DNA from: Gammaproteobacteria bacterium
Lineage (GTDB): Bacteria; Pseudomonadota; Gammaproteobacteria; DRLM01
DNA: 64,000 nt
Assembly (NCBI GenBank): GCA_023266095.1
Contig: JAHFRV010000012.1
Coordinates: 5,042 to 69,041 of the forward strand
Direction: 5' to 3'
Shown in pieces: positions 24,932 through 36,070 of this stretch. Both the position numbers and the translations under genes were made by a program. Within the stretch, counting starts at the first letter, position 1. Every line of letters starts with the position of its first letter. The notes under the pieces are model-generated. The model saw only the letters and a list, made by a program, of their open reading frames with translations. It had not been told where the DNA came from and did no database searches.

Positions 24932-25780
24932 ATGACTCAAGTAGTGGCTGACATTCCAGTCGCCGAACGGGCGCTGCCGACCTTGGCGATGGTCTTGGGT
25001 AACCCGATAACCGAGATGCCCAAGGATCTCTACATCCCGCCGGACGCGCTCGAGATATTCCTCGAAGCCTTTGAGGGGCCGTTGGACCTGTTGCTATACC
25101 TGATCCGACGGCAGAACATCGAGATACTCGACATTCCCATCGCCGAGATCACCCGCCAGTACATGGTGTATGTGGAGGTGATGAAAGGCGTCCGTCTCGA
25201 ACTGGCGGCAGAATACCTGGTGATGGCCGCCATGTTGGCGGAGATCAAATCCCGCATGCTGTTGCCGCGGCCCAAGACCGAAGAAGGCGAGGAAGAAGAT
25301 CCACGCGCCGAATTGATCCGCCGTTTGCAGGAATACGAGCGTTTCAAGCGGGCCGCCGAGGAAGTGGACGCCCTGCCGCGTATGGAACGCGATACGTTTC
25401 CGGTCGGCATCGAACGGCCGCTGCGCAGCGGCCCCCGTCCGCATCCCGCGGTGAGCTTGGAGGAATTGCTACTGGCCTTCAAAGACGTGCTGACGCGGGC
25501 CGAGATGTTTTCCAACCACCATGTGCAGATGGAGCCCTTGTCGGTGCGCGAACGTATGTCCGACATCTTGAGCGCCGTCAGCGCCGAGAAATTCACCGCC
25601 TTCGCCGGCTTGTTCAAACCCGAAGAGGGGCGCATGGGGGTGGTGGTCAGTTTTCTTGCCGTGCTGGAGCTCATCAAAGAGTCCTTGCTGGAGTTGATAC
25701 AAACCGAAGCCTATGGTCCGATTTACGTAAGAGTCCCGAGTCATGCAGATGAACCCGCAGCAGTTGAAGAATATTCTTGA
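24932..25780 (+). CDS. scpA: segregation and condensation protein A
   Basis: FEGPLDLLLYLIRRQNIEILDIPIAEIT is the hallmark N-terminus. Followed by scpB. Confidence 0.85.
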   Translation: MTQVVADIPVAERALPTLAMVLGNPITEMPKDLYIPPDALEIFLEAFEGPLDLLLYLIRRQNIEILDIPIAEITRQYMVYVEVMKGVRLELAAEYLVMAAMLAEIKSRMLLPRPKTEEGEEEDPRAELIRRLQEYERFKRAAEEVDALPRMERDTFPVGIERPLRSGPRPHPAVSLEELLLAFKDVLTRAEMFSNHHVQMEPLSVRERMSDILSAVSAEKFTAFAGLFKPEEGRMGVVVSFLAVLELIKESLLELIQTEAYGPIYVRVPSHADEPAAVEEYS

Positions 25781-26486
25781 AGCCACCCTGCTGGCCGCCG
25801 GCCAGCCCATGAACATGGAAAAACTTCAAGACGTTTTTCCCGAGGAGTCGCGCCCGGACCCCGAGATCCTGCGTGAGGCTTTGCGCATATTGGAAGAGGA
25901 GTGCGCGGGACGCGGCATCGAACTCAAGGAAGTGGGCAGCGGTTTCCGTCTGCAAGTGAAGCAGGAATACGCGCCCTGGGTGGCGCGCCTCAGTGAAGAA
26001 AAGCCGCCGCGTTATTCGCGCGCGCTGTTGGAGACTTTAGTGCTGATCGCCTATCGCCAGCCGATCAGTCGCGCCGAGATTGAAGATATCCGCGGGGTCA
26101 GCGTCAGTACCCACATCATCAAAACCCTGCAGGAACGCGAATGGGTACGGGTCGTGGGCCACCGCGAAGTGCCGGGCAGACCTGCTCTGTACGGCACCAC
26201 GCGGGATTTTCTCGATTACTTCAACTTGAAGAGTCTCAGCCAACTGCCCGCCTTGTCAGAGATTCGTAGCCTCGAGACCATCGCCGCCGAGATCGACAAC
26301 CTCCTGCCGCCGCCGCTGGCCCATGCGGTGGATGAAGACAGCGAACAGGCTATTGTCGTGCCTCTCGTGGCGGCAGACGCCGAGCTGGCGAGCGACGATG
26401 CCATTGACACCGCCGAACCCGCGGCCGAAGAAATTAACGGCGCGGAGGCGGTGTTGAATCCGGCTGCTCCCCGCATCGTGCATTGA
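25743..26486 (+). CDS. scpB: segregation and condensation protein B
   Basis: [12 protein letters not shown]...[31 protein letters not shown] winged-helix repeats. The start overlaps the scpA end. Confidence 0.85.
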   Translation: MQMNPQQLKNILEATLLAAGQPMNMEKLQDVFPEESRPDPEILREALRILEEECAGRGIELKEVGSGFRLQVKQEYAPWVARLSEEKPPRYSRALLETLVLIAYRQPISRAEIEDIRGVSVSTHIIKTLQEREWVRVVGHREVPGRPALYGTTRDFLDYFNLKSLSQLPALSEIRSLETIAAEIDNLLPPPLAHAVDEDSEQAIVVPLVAADAELASDDAIDTAEPAAEEINGAEAVLNPAAPRIVH

Positions 26487-26496
26487 GATTCCTCCG

Positions 26497-27609
26497 ATGA
26501 CTGAACGTTTGCAAAAATGGCTGGCCCGCGCCGGTTTGGGCGCGCGGCGGACTATGGAAGACTGGATACGCGCCGGCCGCGTCACCGTGAATGACGAAAC
26601 CGCCGAGGTCGGCAGGAGCGTCGGCGAGGACGATAAGGTGCGCGTCGATGGTCGGCTGATCGCCGCGCCGCCGCCGGCCGAGATGACCCGGCCGCGGGTG
26701 CTGCTCTACTACAAACCCACCGGTGAAATCTGCACCCAGTCCGATCCCGAAGGCCGTCCCACCGTGTTCGATCGCCTGCCCAAAGTGGGCGGGCGCTGGA
26801 TCGCGGTCGGCCGCCTCGATCTCAACACCTTGGGTGTGTTGCTGTTCACCAATGACGGCGAACTCGCCAATCGCTTGATGCACCCGTCCAGCGAGATCGA
26901 ACGCGAATACGCGGTGCGGGTGCTGGGCCCAGTCGATGCCGCGGCGCTTACCCGTTTGCGCAAGGGCGTGATGCTGGAAGACGGTCCCGCTCATTTCGAT
27001 GCGCTGGTAGATGCCGGCGGGGAAGGTACTAACCATTGGTATCACGTGGTGCTGCGTGAGGGTCGTAACCGCGAGGTGCGGCGCATGTGGGAATCGCAGG
27101 GCGTCACCGTGAGCCGTTTGATGCGGGTGCGTTTCGGACCGATCACCCTGCCGCGCTTTTTGAAGCCGGGCCAGTCACGCGAATTGGAATTGGACGATAT
27201 CAATCTGCTGCGCCGCGCCGCCGGTCTCGATGATCTCTCCGCCATTACTCCGGCCCGCCGACGTGCGCCCGCGCCGCATGCCGCGAGCGAACGTGCGGCG
27301 CAGGCGCATCGTCGCGCCCCGCGGGAACGGGTCGAGACCTATACCAACGCCGCTCCACTCCGCCGGCGTGCGGAGCCGCGGACCGCGCGCGGCCCGCAAG
27401 CGCGGGGCGGAGCGAATCCAGCGACGGGACGGACTGGTCGTTCGCAAGGTCGTCCCGTCCCGGCAGCCGTTGACGAGAAACCGCGCGCGCGGGGACGGCC
27501 GAAGCAGTCCGCGCAATCCGCACGACGGACCCCCGCGGGCGGTGGACGTACCGCCGCCGCGCCCTCCCGCGCACCACGCAAGCCGCAAGCCTCCACCCGT
27601 AAAAAATGA
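26497..27609 (+). CDS. rluB: 23S rRNA pseudouridine synthase RluB with long Arg-rich tail
   Basis: S4 domain ([15 protein letters not shown]), catalytic [17 protein letters not shown], then ~125 aa of R/A/P-rich low-complexity sequence. Confidence 0.85.
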   Translation: MTERLQKWLARAGLGARRTMEDWIRAGRVTVNDETAEVGRSVGEDDKVRVDGRLIAAPPPAEMTRPRVLLYYKPTGEICTQSDPEGRPTVFDRLPKVGGRWIAVGRLDLNTLGVLLFTNDGELANRLMHPSSEIEREYAVRVLGPVDAAALTRLRKGVMLEDGPAHFDALVDAGGEGTNHWYHVVLREGRNREVRRMWESQGVTVSRLMRVRFGPITLPRFLKPGQSRELELDDINLLRRAAGLDDLSAITPARRRAPAPHAASERAAQAHRRAPRERVETYTNAAPLRRRAEPRTARGPQARGGANPATGRTGRSQGRPVPAAVDEKPRARGRPKQSAQSARRTPAGGGRTAAAPSRAPRKPQASTRKK

Positions 27610-27692
27610 GGCTGCGGCGGGTATATGACCGGCTCCAGCAAGGTCTGGCTCACAGCGGCGCGCCGCTCTATTTTGTGATTTAATGCCTCGCC

Positions 27693-28940
27693 ATGTTTAA
27701 ACCAATCGAACTCTTCATCGGTCTGCGCTATACCCGCGCCAAACGCCGCAATCATTTCATCTCTTTCATCGCCCTCACCTCGATGGCCGGCATCGCTTTG
27801 GGCGTGATGGCCTTGATCACCGTGCTGTCGGTGATGAACGGTTTTGAAAAAGAACTGCGCACCCGCATTCTGGGCGTGGTGGCGCACACCACCGTCAACA
27901 GCGCGCACGGTCCGCTGCAGGACTGGCCTGCTTTACAGGCGCAGCTCAAGGACTACCCGCATGTGACGGGCACCGCACCCTATATTAACGGTGAAGGCAT
28001 GCTCAGCGTCGGTCAGTCGGTGAGCGGCACCCTGATACGCGGCGTGGTCCCGGGTGAGGAAGGTGCGGTGTCCAATGTCGGCGAGAAAATGGTGGCCGGC
28101 CGGCTCGAGGAGTTGGTGCCGGGTGAGTTCAGCATCATCCTCGGCAAGGAGTTGGCGCTGCGCTTGGGGGTCTGGCGCGGCGACAAAGTAACGTTGATCA
28201 CGCCGTCGGCGACGATCACTCCGGCCGGTGTGCTGCCGCGCATGAAACGTTTCACGGTGGTCGGCATTTTCGAGATCGGCATGTACGAATACGACAATGC
28301 CCTGGCCTTCCTGCACATCGAAGACGCCGCCAAATTATTCCGGCTCGGCGACGGCGTGAGCGGGGTGCGGCTCAAACTAGACGACATGATGCGCGCGCCG
28401 TGGGTGACCCGCGATTTGGTGCAAAGCCTGCCCCCTGGTTACGTGGTCAGCGACTGGACCCGCGAACATGTCAATTTTTTCCGGGCGGTGCGCACCGAAA
28501 AAACCGTGATGTTCGTGATCCTGCTGCTGATCGTGGCGGTGGCGGCCTTCAACATCGTCTCCACCTTGGTGATGATGGTGCGCGACAAGGAAGCCGACAT
28601 CGCGGTGTTGCGCACCCTCGGCGCCACGCCACGCAGCATCATGCTGATCTTCATGATACAAGGCGTGGTGATCGGCGTGGTGGGCACCTTATTGGGTGGT
28701 GTGGGCGGCACCCTATTGGCTTTCAATATCGAGACCATCGTGCCCGCCATCGAACGGCTGTTCAGCGTGGAATTCCTGGCCGCCGACGTCTACTACATCA
28801 GTAACCTGCCTTCCGATCCGCATCTCGAAGATATCCTCCAGATCTGCGGGGTGTCGCTGCTGCTGAGTTTGTTCGCCACCCTGTATCCCGCTTGGCGCGC
28901 GGCACGCACCCAACCGGCGGAGGCCTTGCGTTATGAGTGA
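27693..28940 (+). CDS. lipoprotein-releasing ABC transporter permease (LolC/LolE family)
   Basis: N-terminus [19 protein letters not shown], large periplasmic loop and C-terminal FtsX-like TMs. Overlaps lolD. Confidence 0.85.
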   Translation: MFKPIELFIGLRYTRAKRRNHFISFIALTSMAGIALGVMALITVLSVMNGFEKELRTRILGVVAHTTVNSAHGPLQDWPALQAQLKDYPHVTGTAPYINGEGMLSVGQSVSGTLIRGVVPGEEGAVSNVGEKMVAGRLEELVPGEFSIILGKELALRLGVWRGDKVTLITPSATITPAGVLPRMKRFTVVGIFEIGMYEYDNALAFLHIEDAAKLFRLGDGVSGVRLKLDDMMRAPWVTRDLVQSLPPGYVVSDWTREHVNFFRAVRTEKTVMFVILLLIVAVAAFNIVSTLVMMVRDKEADIAVLRTLGATPRSIMLIFMIQGVVIGVVGTLLGGVGGTLLAFNIETIVPAIERLFSVEFLAADVYYISNLPSDPHLEDILQICGVSLLLSLFATLYPAWRAARTQPAEALRYE

Positions 28941-29613
28941 GGCGGTCATCCGTTGCCGGCATCTCGCCAAGATTTACACCGAAGGTCCCGCCGTGGTCGA
29001 AGTGCTGGCCGAGGTCAGTCTGGAGGTCGCGCCGGGCGAACGGGTCGCCATCATCGGTTCCTCGGGTTCGGGCAAAAGCACGCTGCTGCATTTATTGGGC
29101 GGGCTGGACACGCCGACCCGCGGCGAGGTGTGGGTCGACGGCACCGACATGGGCAAGCTGGATGACGAGGCGCGCGGCCGTTTGCGTAACCGGTCCCTGG
29201 GTTTCGTTTATCAATTCCATCACCTGCTGCCGGAATTCACCGCTCTGGAAAATGTCTGCATGCCGTTGCTGATTCGCGGTACCGCGCCGCGCGTAGTCAA
29301 GGCGCAGGCGCAGCCGTTGCTGGAACGGGTGGGGCTGGGACACCGGCTACATCACAAGCCGGGTGAATTGTCGGGAGGCGAACGGCAACGGGCGGCGGTG
29401 GCGCGGGCGCTGGTCACTCAGCCCCAGTGCGTACTGGCCGACGAACCCACGGGCAATCTCGACTACAAAACCGCCGATCAAGTCTATGATCTGATGCTGG
29501 AACTCAATCAGCTTTACGGCACCAGTTTCGTGGTGGTCACCCACGATCCCCGTCTTGCCAAGCGTCTCGACAGAACCCTGGTTCTCGAACAAGGCATGTT
29601 GCGGCAGGAGTGA
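28933..29613 (+). CDS. lolD: lipoprotein-releasing ABC transporter ATP-binding protein
   Basis: Walker [10 protein letters not shown], signature LSGGERQR, Walker [11 protein letters not shown]. Confidence 0.9.
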   Translation: MSEAVIRCRHLAKIYTEGPAVVEVLAEVSLEVAPGERVAIIGSSGSGKSTLLHLLGGLDTPTRGEVWVDGTDMGKLDDEARGRLRNRSLGFVYQFHHLLPEFTALENVCMPLLIRGTAPRVVKAQAQPLLERVGLGHRLHHKPGELSGGERQRAAVARALVTQPQCVLADEPTGNLDYKTADQVYDLMLELNQLYGTSFVVVTHDPRLAKRLDRTLVLEQGMLRQE

Positions 29614-29690
29614 GGTGGCGCTTGCTGGAAGCGGTCACCTGAGGTCGTGGCTTACCTGGATCGCCCGGCAGCAAAAGGGGGCGCTACACC

Positions 29691-30887
29691 TCATTCGCGG
29701 AGGGGAGAGCCATTGCCGCAACTCAAGAGCCGCCGCATGGCGCGTAAATAAGTTTGATAAGTCGCTTCCAAGGTCGCGAGTTCGACGCATTCGTCCGGGG
29801 CGTGGATGTTGCGGTAGTTGACGCCCAGGCCGGCGGTGGCGGGGATGGCCAGTGTGGCGAGCAGATTGGCGATGCTCGAAGGACCGACCACCGCGGGCGG
29901 AATGTCCCGGCCGTAGGCTTCGCGCGCCGCGGCCAGCAACGCCGCGACCAAGGTTTGATCGGGCGGGAGTTGATAGGCGGGCCAGCCGGGATGCCAGGTG
30001 ATCGTGGTGGCGGGTGCAGCGCTGCGCGCATCCAGCGTCGCGGTGAGTTGGCTCAACCAGTTTTGCGCCGCACCGGCGTCGAAGGCGGGGGTGAGACGCA
30101 GATCGATGTCGATGGCGCAATGATCGGGAATCAAAGTGTAACTTCCGCCGCCGCGGATGCCGGTGGCCGTTACTTTGGGCGGCAGCGGAAACCGCAGGCC
30201 CGCCTCCGGCAGCGGTGAGTCGGCGATCAAACGTAATAATTCCCGCGCGCGTTCGATGGCGTTGATCCCATCGGCGCCGGAACTACCGCTATGCGCCGCT
30301 CTGCCGTGAAGATGCAGGCAGGCCCGCAGAAAGCCGCGCGCGCCCACCACCACCCGTTGATTGCCGGGATAACCGATCATCACGCCGTTGATGGTTTCGT
30401 GCATGCACGTCTCCAAATAACGGCGTATACCGGCGAAACTGCCCGAGTGTTCCTCGGCGTCGAAGACGAAACCCAGTTTGCCGCACAGGCTGTCGCGCTG
30501 CGCCAGCAGATCCGCGATCACGTGACAGAACACCGCGATGCCCGCTTTGCTGTCGGCGGCGCCGCGGCCGTATAACCAACCGTCGACGAGGGTGGCCCGC
30601 TCGGGCGGATGAGTCCACGCCGCCAGATCACCAAAAGGCGCGGTATCGGCGGGGGCGTTGAGCACATACAGCGGCCCCGGACGCGGACCGGCGATCTCGC
30701 CCCACAGAGCCAGCACATGGCCGTCATCGTCATGCAGCCAGCGGCTGGCGACGCCGCGTCGCGTCAACCAGGCGGCGATGCAATGCAGGGTGGCATCGCA
30801 GCTGTCTTCGCCGGTGCGGCTGGGGTGCGACACCAATTCGGCCAGCAGGCCGGTCATGGAGGCGAGTCTATCTTGCACGTCGGACAT
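29691..30887 (-). CDS. M20-family metallopeptidase (ArgE/DapE/CPG2-like)
   Basis: M20 motifs: GRGAADSKAG, an acidic metal-ligand region (DAEEHSG) and HAPDE near the C-terminus. Substrate unknown. Confidence 0.7.
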   Translation of the reverse strand: MSDVQDRLASMTGLLAELVSHPSRTGEDSCDATLHCIAAWLTRRGVASRWLHDDDGHVLALWGEIAGPRPGPLYVLNAPADTAPFGDLAAWTHPPERATLVDGWLYGRGAADSKAGIAVFCHVIADLLAQRDSLCGKLGFVFDAEEHSGSFAGIRRYLETCMHETINGVMIGYPGNQRVVVGARGFLRACLHLHGRAAHSGSSGADGINAIERARELLRLIADSPLPEAGLRFPLPPKVTATGIRGGGSYTLIPDHCAIDIDLRLTPAFDAGAAQNWLSQLTATLDARSAAPATTITWHPGWPAYQLPPDQTLVAALLAAAREAYGRDIPPAVVGPSSIANLLATLAIPATAGLGVNYRNIHAPDECVELATLEATYQTYLRAMRRLLSCGNGSPLRE

Positions 30888-31036
30888 CAGGTTCCTTGTG
30901 GGTCGAACTCATCGGCCGGGCATTATCGCGCAAGCCGGCTTCCGCTTCGAGTGTTGGATAGCTTAACGCCAAGTTTGCGGGAATGGGCGCCGAGTTTTAT
31001 ACAAGCGTTTTGCGGAGAATCGACAGTGCGCAGGGA

Positions 31037-32188
31037 TCAATCCCGGATGCAGGCGCGCAACAATGCGATGGCGCGGTCCAATTGGGTCCGCGTGGTATGG
31101 AAATGTGGAGAAAAGCGCAGCCCGCCGCCGCGTGCGGCGCAGATCACCCCGCGTTCGGAGAGCAATCGCCACAAGGCCGCGCCGTCGATGCGCCGGTGGC
31201 GGAAGGTGACGATGCCGGCGTGGCGTGCGCTGTCGGCGGGGGAGAGCAGTTCCACCTCGGGCACTGCTTGGAGTTGTTCGATCAGATAAGCCGCGTTATT
31301 CAGCACCTCTTGCGCGACGCGCTCCATGCCCACTTCCAACAGCAGAGAGAGACTGGCGTGCAGCGCGTGGATGCCGAGCATATTGGGACTGCCGCATTCG
31401 AAACGCCGCGCCGAGCGGGCGGGTTGCCAGTCGCGGCGGTCGTAATCGCCGAGCTGTTCCACCATATGCCAGCCGTATTGCCGCAGTTGCAATTGGTCGC
31501 GCCGTTCCGCGCGACAATAAAAGATTGCGAGGCCCTCGGGGCCCAGCAGCCATTTGTGACCGTCGGCCACCACGAAATCGGCGTGGATGGCTTGCACATC
31601 CAGCGGCAGGGCACCGAGGCTTTGGATGGCATCGACGCAAAACAAGATGCCGCGTTCGCGGCAAAATTCGCCGATACGCGCCAAGTCCATGCGCAAACCG
31701 CTGGCGTATTGCACCGAGCTGACGGCGAGCAGGCGCGTGCGCTGATCGACGCGCGCGAACAAGGCCTGTTCCGGATCGGCGCCCAACACGGCTTCCCGGC
31801 ATTCGACGCCCAGTGCGCTCAAGGACTCCCAGACGATGCGGTTGGACGGGAATTCCTGATCGCTGATCACCACATTGTCGCCGGCCTGCCAGGGCAGGCC
31901 GTAGGCGATCACCGAAAGCCCTTCGGACGTGTTTTTGAGCAAAGCGATGTCGGCGGCGCTGGGGGCGTTGAGCAAGAGGCGGCATTGTTCGCGCAAGGCG
32001 GTTTCGACCTTGGTCCAGCGCGGATAATGGCGTGCGCCATGAACCGCGTTCTCCTCGGCGAAACGCTGCACCGCGTCGGCGCTGCGCCGCGGCCAGGGGC
32101 CGACCGCGGCGTGATTCAAATAAACCAGGTTTTCATCCAGCGGAAATTCGTGGGCGTAGTTTGCGCTGGGGAATGAGTCGACAGCCAT
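31037..32188 (-). CDS. class V aminotransferase-fold PLP enzyme
   Basis: LNHAAVGP, SSVQYASG, and PLP-lysine context ADGHKWLLGPEG. The plus-strand 397-aa ORF across it is antisense noise. Confidence 0.8.
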   Translation of the reverse strand: MAVDSFPSANYAHEFPLDENLVYLNHAAVGPWPRRSADAVQRFAEENAVHGARHYPRWTKVETALREQCRLLLNAPSAADIALLKNTSEGLSVIAYGLPWQAGDNVVISDQEFPSNRIVWESLSALGVECREAVLGADPEQALFARVDQRTRLLAVSSVQYASGLRMDLARIGEFCRERGILFCVDAIQSLGALPLDVQAIHADFVVADGHKWLLGPEGLAIFYCRAERRDQLQLRQYGWHMVEQLGDYDRRDWQPARSARRFECGSPNMLGIHALHASLSLLLEVGMERVAQEVLNNAAYLIEQLQAVPEVELLSPADSARHAGIVTFRHRRIDGAALWRLLSERGVICAARGGGLRFSPHFHTTRTQLDRAIALLRACIRD

Positions 32189-32314
32189 GGCGAATAGAAA
32201 GCGGCCCGCTAAAAGTCATGGCTGAATATAGGCAGCTACTCGGAATAAGGCAATCCAAATCATAGCGGCGATCTGTGCTGAGCTTCGCCGCCGCGGATTT
32301 TTATCCCGCATGAA

Positions 32315-34630
32315 TCAACCCGTCTTGGACTCGACGTTTATTTCTTCATGCCCTCGGCTCCTGCGCAGTTGCCGCGCCGCCGCCATCATATGAGTGAGGG
32401 CCGTTTCCACCTCCGGCCAGCGGCGGGTTTTGAGCCCGCAGTCGGGGTTGATCCACAGCCGCTCGGCGGGGATGTGGCGGGCGGCCTTTTCCATGAGCGC
32501 GACAATTTCATCGACGCTCGGCACGTTGGGCGTGTGGATATCGTAGACGCCCGGCCCGATTTCGTTGGGATAGGCGAAGCGCTCGAAGGCGTCGAGCAGC
32601 TCCATGTCCGACCGCGAGGTCTCGATGGTGATGACGTCGGCGTCCATCGCGGCCACCGCTTCGATGATGTCGTTGAATTCCGAATAACACATGTGGGTGT
32701 GGATTTGCGTGGCGTCGTCCACGCCCGAGGCGCTGATGCGGAAGGCCCGCACCGCCCAGTCGAGATAAATCCGCCAGTCTTTTTTGCGGAGCGGCAGGCC
32801 TTCGCGCAGGGCGGCCTCGTCGATCTGGATGATCTTGATGCCGGCCGCCTCCAGATCGGTCACTTCGGCGCGCAGCGCTAAAGCGATTTGCAGACAGGTC
32901 GCCGCGCGCGGTTGATCGTCGCGCACGAAGGACCAGTTCAAAATCGTCACCGGGCCGGTGAGCATGCCCTTCATCGGCTTCTCGGTCAGCGATTGCGCGT
33001 AACGGCTCCACGCCACGGTCATCGGCCGCGGGCGGCTCACGTCACCGTAGATGATGGGCGGTTTGACGCAGCGCGAACCGTAGGACTGCACCCAGCCGTT
33101 GCGGCTGAAGGCGAAGCCGTCTAATTGTTCGCCGAAGTATTCCACCATGTCGTTGCGTTCCGCTTCGCCGTGCACCAGCACGTCGAGGCCGAGTTGTTCC
33201 TGTTTCTGCACGGCGTGGGCGATTTCGGCGTACATGTGTTGGCGGTACTCGGCTTCGCTGAGCCGCCCTTGTTTGAAATCGCGCCGGTATTGCCGGATTG
33301 TATCGGTCTGCGGAAACGAACCGATGGTGGTGGTCGGGAACAGCGGGAGTTTCAGCCAGGCCTTTTGTTGCGCGGCGCGCTGTGGATAAGCGTGGTTGCG
33401 GCTGGTCCAAGCTTCGCTGATGTCGGCGCAATCTTGTTGGACGGCCGGATTGTGGATGCGGGATGAGCCGGCGCGGACCCGCCGGGCCTGCGTCGATTTC
33501 GCCAGCGCCGCCGCGATCGACTCGCGGCCTTGGTCCAGCCCGCGCTTGAGCGTGACGACTTCGCCGAGTTTTTGCGCGGCGAAGGCCAGCCAGGATTTGA
33601 TCTCTTCGTCCAAGGCGGTTTCATGTTCCAGATCCACCGGCACATGCAGCAGCGAACAAGACGGCGCCAGCCACAGACGTTCGCCCAATTTAGCTTTTAC
33701 GTCGGCGAGGCGATCGAGCAGCGGGGCGAGGTCGGCGCGCCAGATGTTGCGGCCGTCGATGATGCCGAGCGACAGAATTTTGTAGCCGGGCAGCCAACTG
33801 ATCAGCGTGTCGATCTCCTCCGGCGCGCGCACCGCGTCGATGTGCAGACCGGCCACCGGCAGACGGCAGGCGAGGGTGAGGTTGTCTTGCAGGCCGCCGA
33901 AGTAGCTGGCGAGCAAAATTTTGAGGCCGCTGTTTTGCAGGCGGTTGTAGGTCGCTTCAAAGGCCTGCTGCCAGGCCGGCGGCAAGTCGAGGGCGAGGAT
34001 GGGTTCGTCGATTTGCAGCCATTCGATGCCCATTATCCGCAGCCGGTTCAATATCTCGCCATAAGCGGGGATGAGCGCATCGAGCAGGCTGAGTTTGTCG
34101 AAGGCCGCGCCTTTGGTCTTGCCCAGCCATAAATAGGTGAGGGGGCCGGGGATGACCGGTTTCACGAGGTATCCCAACGCCTGCGCCTCCTCGATTTCGT
34201 CGAAGAGTTTGTCGCACGACAAGGTGAAACGCTGCTCGCGCTCGAACTCGGGCACGATGTAGTGGTAGTTGGTATCGAACCATTTGGTCATTTCGCAGGC
34301 GCTGGCGGGTTGGCCGGTCGGCGCGCGGCCGCGCGCCATGCGGAAATAGGTATCGACATCGACCTCGCCGCCCAGCCAGCCGAAACGCGGCGGCACCACC
34401 CCGAGCAGCGCCGAGAGATCGAGGATGTGGTCGTACCAGGAAAAATCACCGACCGGGATGAGGTCCATGCCGGCCTCGGCCTGGCCTTGCCAATGGTGTA
34501 GACGCAAGGCCCGGCCGGCGGCGGCGAGCTGGGCCGCGTCGATCTCGCCGCTCCAATACGCTTCTTGCGCCTTTTTCAGCTCGCGTTTTACACCGATGCG
34601 GGGGAAGCCGAGGTTGTGGGCGATGGTCAT
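32315..34630 (-). CDS. metE: cobalamin-independent methionine synthase
   Basis: 771 aa. N-terminus [15 protein letters not shown] and C-terminal Zn site (..HMCYSEF.., ..PDCGLKTR). Confidence 0.95.
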   Translation of the reverse strand: MTIAHNLGFPRIGVKRELKKAQEAYWSGEIDAAQLAAAGRALRLHHWQGQAEAGMDLIPVGDFSWYDHILDLSALLGVVPPRFGWLGGEVDVDTYFRMARGRAPTGQPASACEMTKWFDTNYHYIVPEFEREQRFTLSCDKLFDEIEEAQALGYLVKPVIPGPLTYLWLGKTKGAAFDKLSLLDALIPAYGEILNRLRIMGIEWLQIDEPILALDLPPAWQQAFEATYNRLQNSGLKILLASYFGGLQDNLTLACRLPVAGLHIDAVRAPEEIDTLISWLPGYKILSLGIIDGRNIWRADLAPLLDRLADVKAKLGERLWLAPSCSLLHVPVDLEHETALDEEIKSWLAFAAQKLGEVVTLKRGLDQGRESIAAALAKSTQARRVRAGSSRIHNPAVQQDCADISEAWTSRNHAYPQRAAQQKAWLKLPLFPTTTIGSFPQTDTIRQYRRDFKQGRLSEAEYRQHMYAEIAHAVQKQEQLGLDVLVHGEAERNDMVEYFGEQLDGFAFSRNGWVQSYGSRCVKPPIIYGDVSRPRPMTVAWSRYAQSLTEKPMKGMLTGPVTILNWSFVRDDQPRAATCLQIALALRAEVTDLEAAGIKIIQIDEAALREGLPLRKKDWRIYLDWAVRAFRISASGVDDATQIHTHMCYSEFNDIIEAVAAMDADVITIETSRSDMELLDAFERFAYPNEIGPGVYDIHTPNVPSVDEIVALMEKAARHIPAERLWINPDCGLKTRRWPEVETALTHMMAAARQLRRSRGHEEINVESKTG

Positions 34631-34721
34631 GGACTACTCCTGTTTTGATGGACCGCTGATTTGCGCAGGAGTATGAGCAGCGATTAGTATTGAGGCAATT
34701 TCACGTTTTTACTAATTATCA

Positions 34722-34734
34722 TGAGATTCATTCA
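34722..34734. promoter_or_regulatory. candidate MetR box TGAGATTCATTCA
   Basis: 12 of 13 positions match the enterobacterial MetR consensus TGAA-N2-T-N2-TTCA (from memory). Lies in the 106-bp metE/metR divergent region, 2 nt before the metR ATG. Confidence 0.3.
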
Positions 34735-34736
34735 TT

Positions 34737-35636
34737 ATGTTTTTAGAGATACGCCATTTGCGCAGCTTGCTCGCCATTGATGAGGCGACCAATCTCGCCC
34801 GCGCCGCCGAGCAAGTCCACCTCACCCAGTCGGCGCTGTCCCACCAGATCAAAGCGCTGGAGGCCTATTACGGCGCGCCGCTGTTTTTGCGCAACACCAA
34901 ACCGCTGCGCCTGACCCTGGCCGGGCAGAAACTACTCGAATTGGCGCGGCGGGTGTTGCCGGAAATCGCCGGCGTGGAAAAGGAATTGCTGCGGCTGGCT
35001 AAAGGCGAGACCGGGCGTTTGCACATCGCCATCGAATGCCACGCCTGTTTCGAGTGGCTGATGCCGGTGCTCGACGCCTTTCGCCGGCGCTGGCCCGAGG
35101 TGGAGGTGGATATCCGGGTCGGCGTGAGCTTCGATCCGATTCCGGCCTTGCAGAAAGGCGATATCGATCTGGTGATCAGCTCCGATCCGCTCGAGCTGAA
35201 CGATGTGGTATTCGAACCGTTGTTTGAATACGAGGCGCGTTTGGTCACCGCGCGCGCCCATCCGCTGGCGGAAAAGAGCTACATCGAGCCCGGCGATCTG
35301 GCCGGCGAAATCTTGATCACCTACCCAGTGCAGCGGCAACGGCTCGACGTGTTCACCCGTTTTCTGCAACCGGCGGGCGTGGAACCGCTGGCGGTACGCC
35401 AGTCCGAATTGACCGCGGTGATATTGCTGCTGGTGGCCAGCCAGCGCGGCGTGGCGGTGTTGCCCGACTGGGTGCTGAACGAAACCATCCAGAAGGGCGG
35501 TTTGGCGACCCGGCCTCTGACCGCGCAAGGTATGAAAGGCTTGCTTTACGCCGCCCTGCGGCGGCCGGAGCATGACGTTCTCTATCTGCGCGAGTTTATC
35601 GAACTGGCCCGCGACCGCGACCTGCCTGAAATCTAG
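34737..35636 (+). CDS. metR: LysR-family activator MetR
   Basis: LEIRHLRSLLAIDE...LTQSALSHQIKALE resembles the MetR wHTH. Divergent from metE. Confidence 0.8.
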   Translation: MFLEIRHLRSLLAIDEATNLARAAEQVHLTQSALSHQIKALEAYYGAPLFLRNTKPLRLTLAGQKLLELARRVLPEIAGVEKELLRLAKGETGRLHIAIECHACFEWLMPVLDAFRRRWPEVEVDIRVGVSFDPIPALQKGDIDLVISSDPLELNDVVFEPLFEYEARLVTARAHPLAEKSYIEPGDLAGEILITYPVQRQRLDVFTRFLQPAGVEPLAVRQSELTAVILLLVASQRGVAVLPDWVLNETIQKGGLATRPLTAQGMKGLLYAALRRPEHDVLYLREFIELARDRDLPEI

Positions 35637-35671
35637 GTTGTGATTTTAAAATAGTTGATATATCTTGTGTG

Positions 35672-35935
35672 TACGATCCGGTTCACCCACTAGATGTAGT
35701 GGGTGAGTCAACAGGGAACCCGGTGAGATTCCGGGACTGTCGCGCAGCGGTATGGGGGAACGAAGGCCACCGACGTCGAGTCAGGCACTGTCCGCGAGGA
35801 TGGGAAGCCGTGGTCCCAGGTGAACGAGGTGCGTTCTGATAATTCCATGTGGAATGTTCAGGGCGCGGAAGCGAAATAGTATTTCGCTTTCCTAGCTTGG
35901 TTCGCGCCCCCAAGTCCGAATACCTGCCGGAATGT
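35672..35935 (+). promoter_or_regulatory. cobalamin (B12) riboswitch in the nrdA leader
   Basis: Conserved core agggaacccggtgagattccgggactgtcgcgcagcggt (35713-35751), gccactg-like ggccaccga, gggaagcc, and B12 box aagtccgaatacctgcc (35912-35928). A variable hairpin ggaagcgaaatagtatttcgctttcc lies between them. Confidence 0.85.
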
Positions 35936-36070
35936 GTCGTCCAGCAATGGATAAACTCAGGACCTCGCGTCAAGGTCACCGGGTAAGGACAGCGTTGCCT
36001 GGCTCACGCCGCCATCTGTTCTCCCGCCTTCGCGCAGGTTCCCGACCAGCAGCAAGGAAAGAGGGGAACC

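Noticed and set aside
27175-27628. Cluster of overlapping 100-190-aa ORFs on both strands over the rluB 3' end.
   Set aside because: They are an artefact of the GC-rich, low-complexity Arg-tail coding sequence. All are Arg/Pro/Gly strings.
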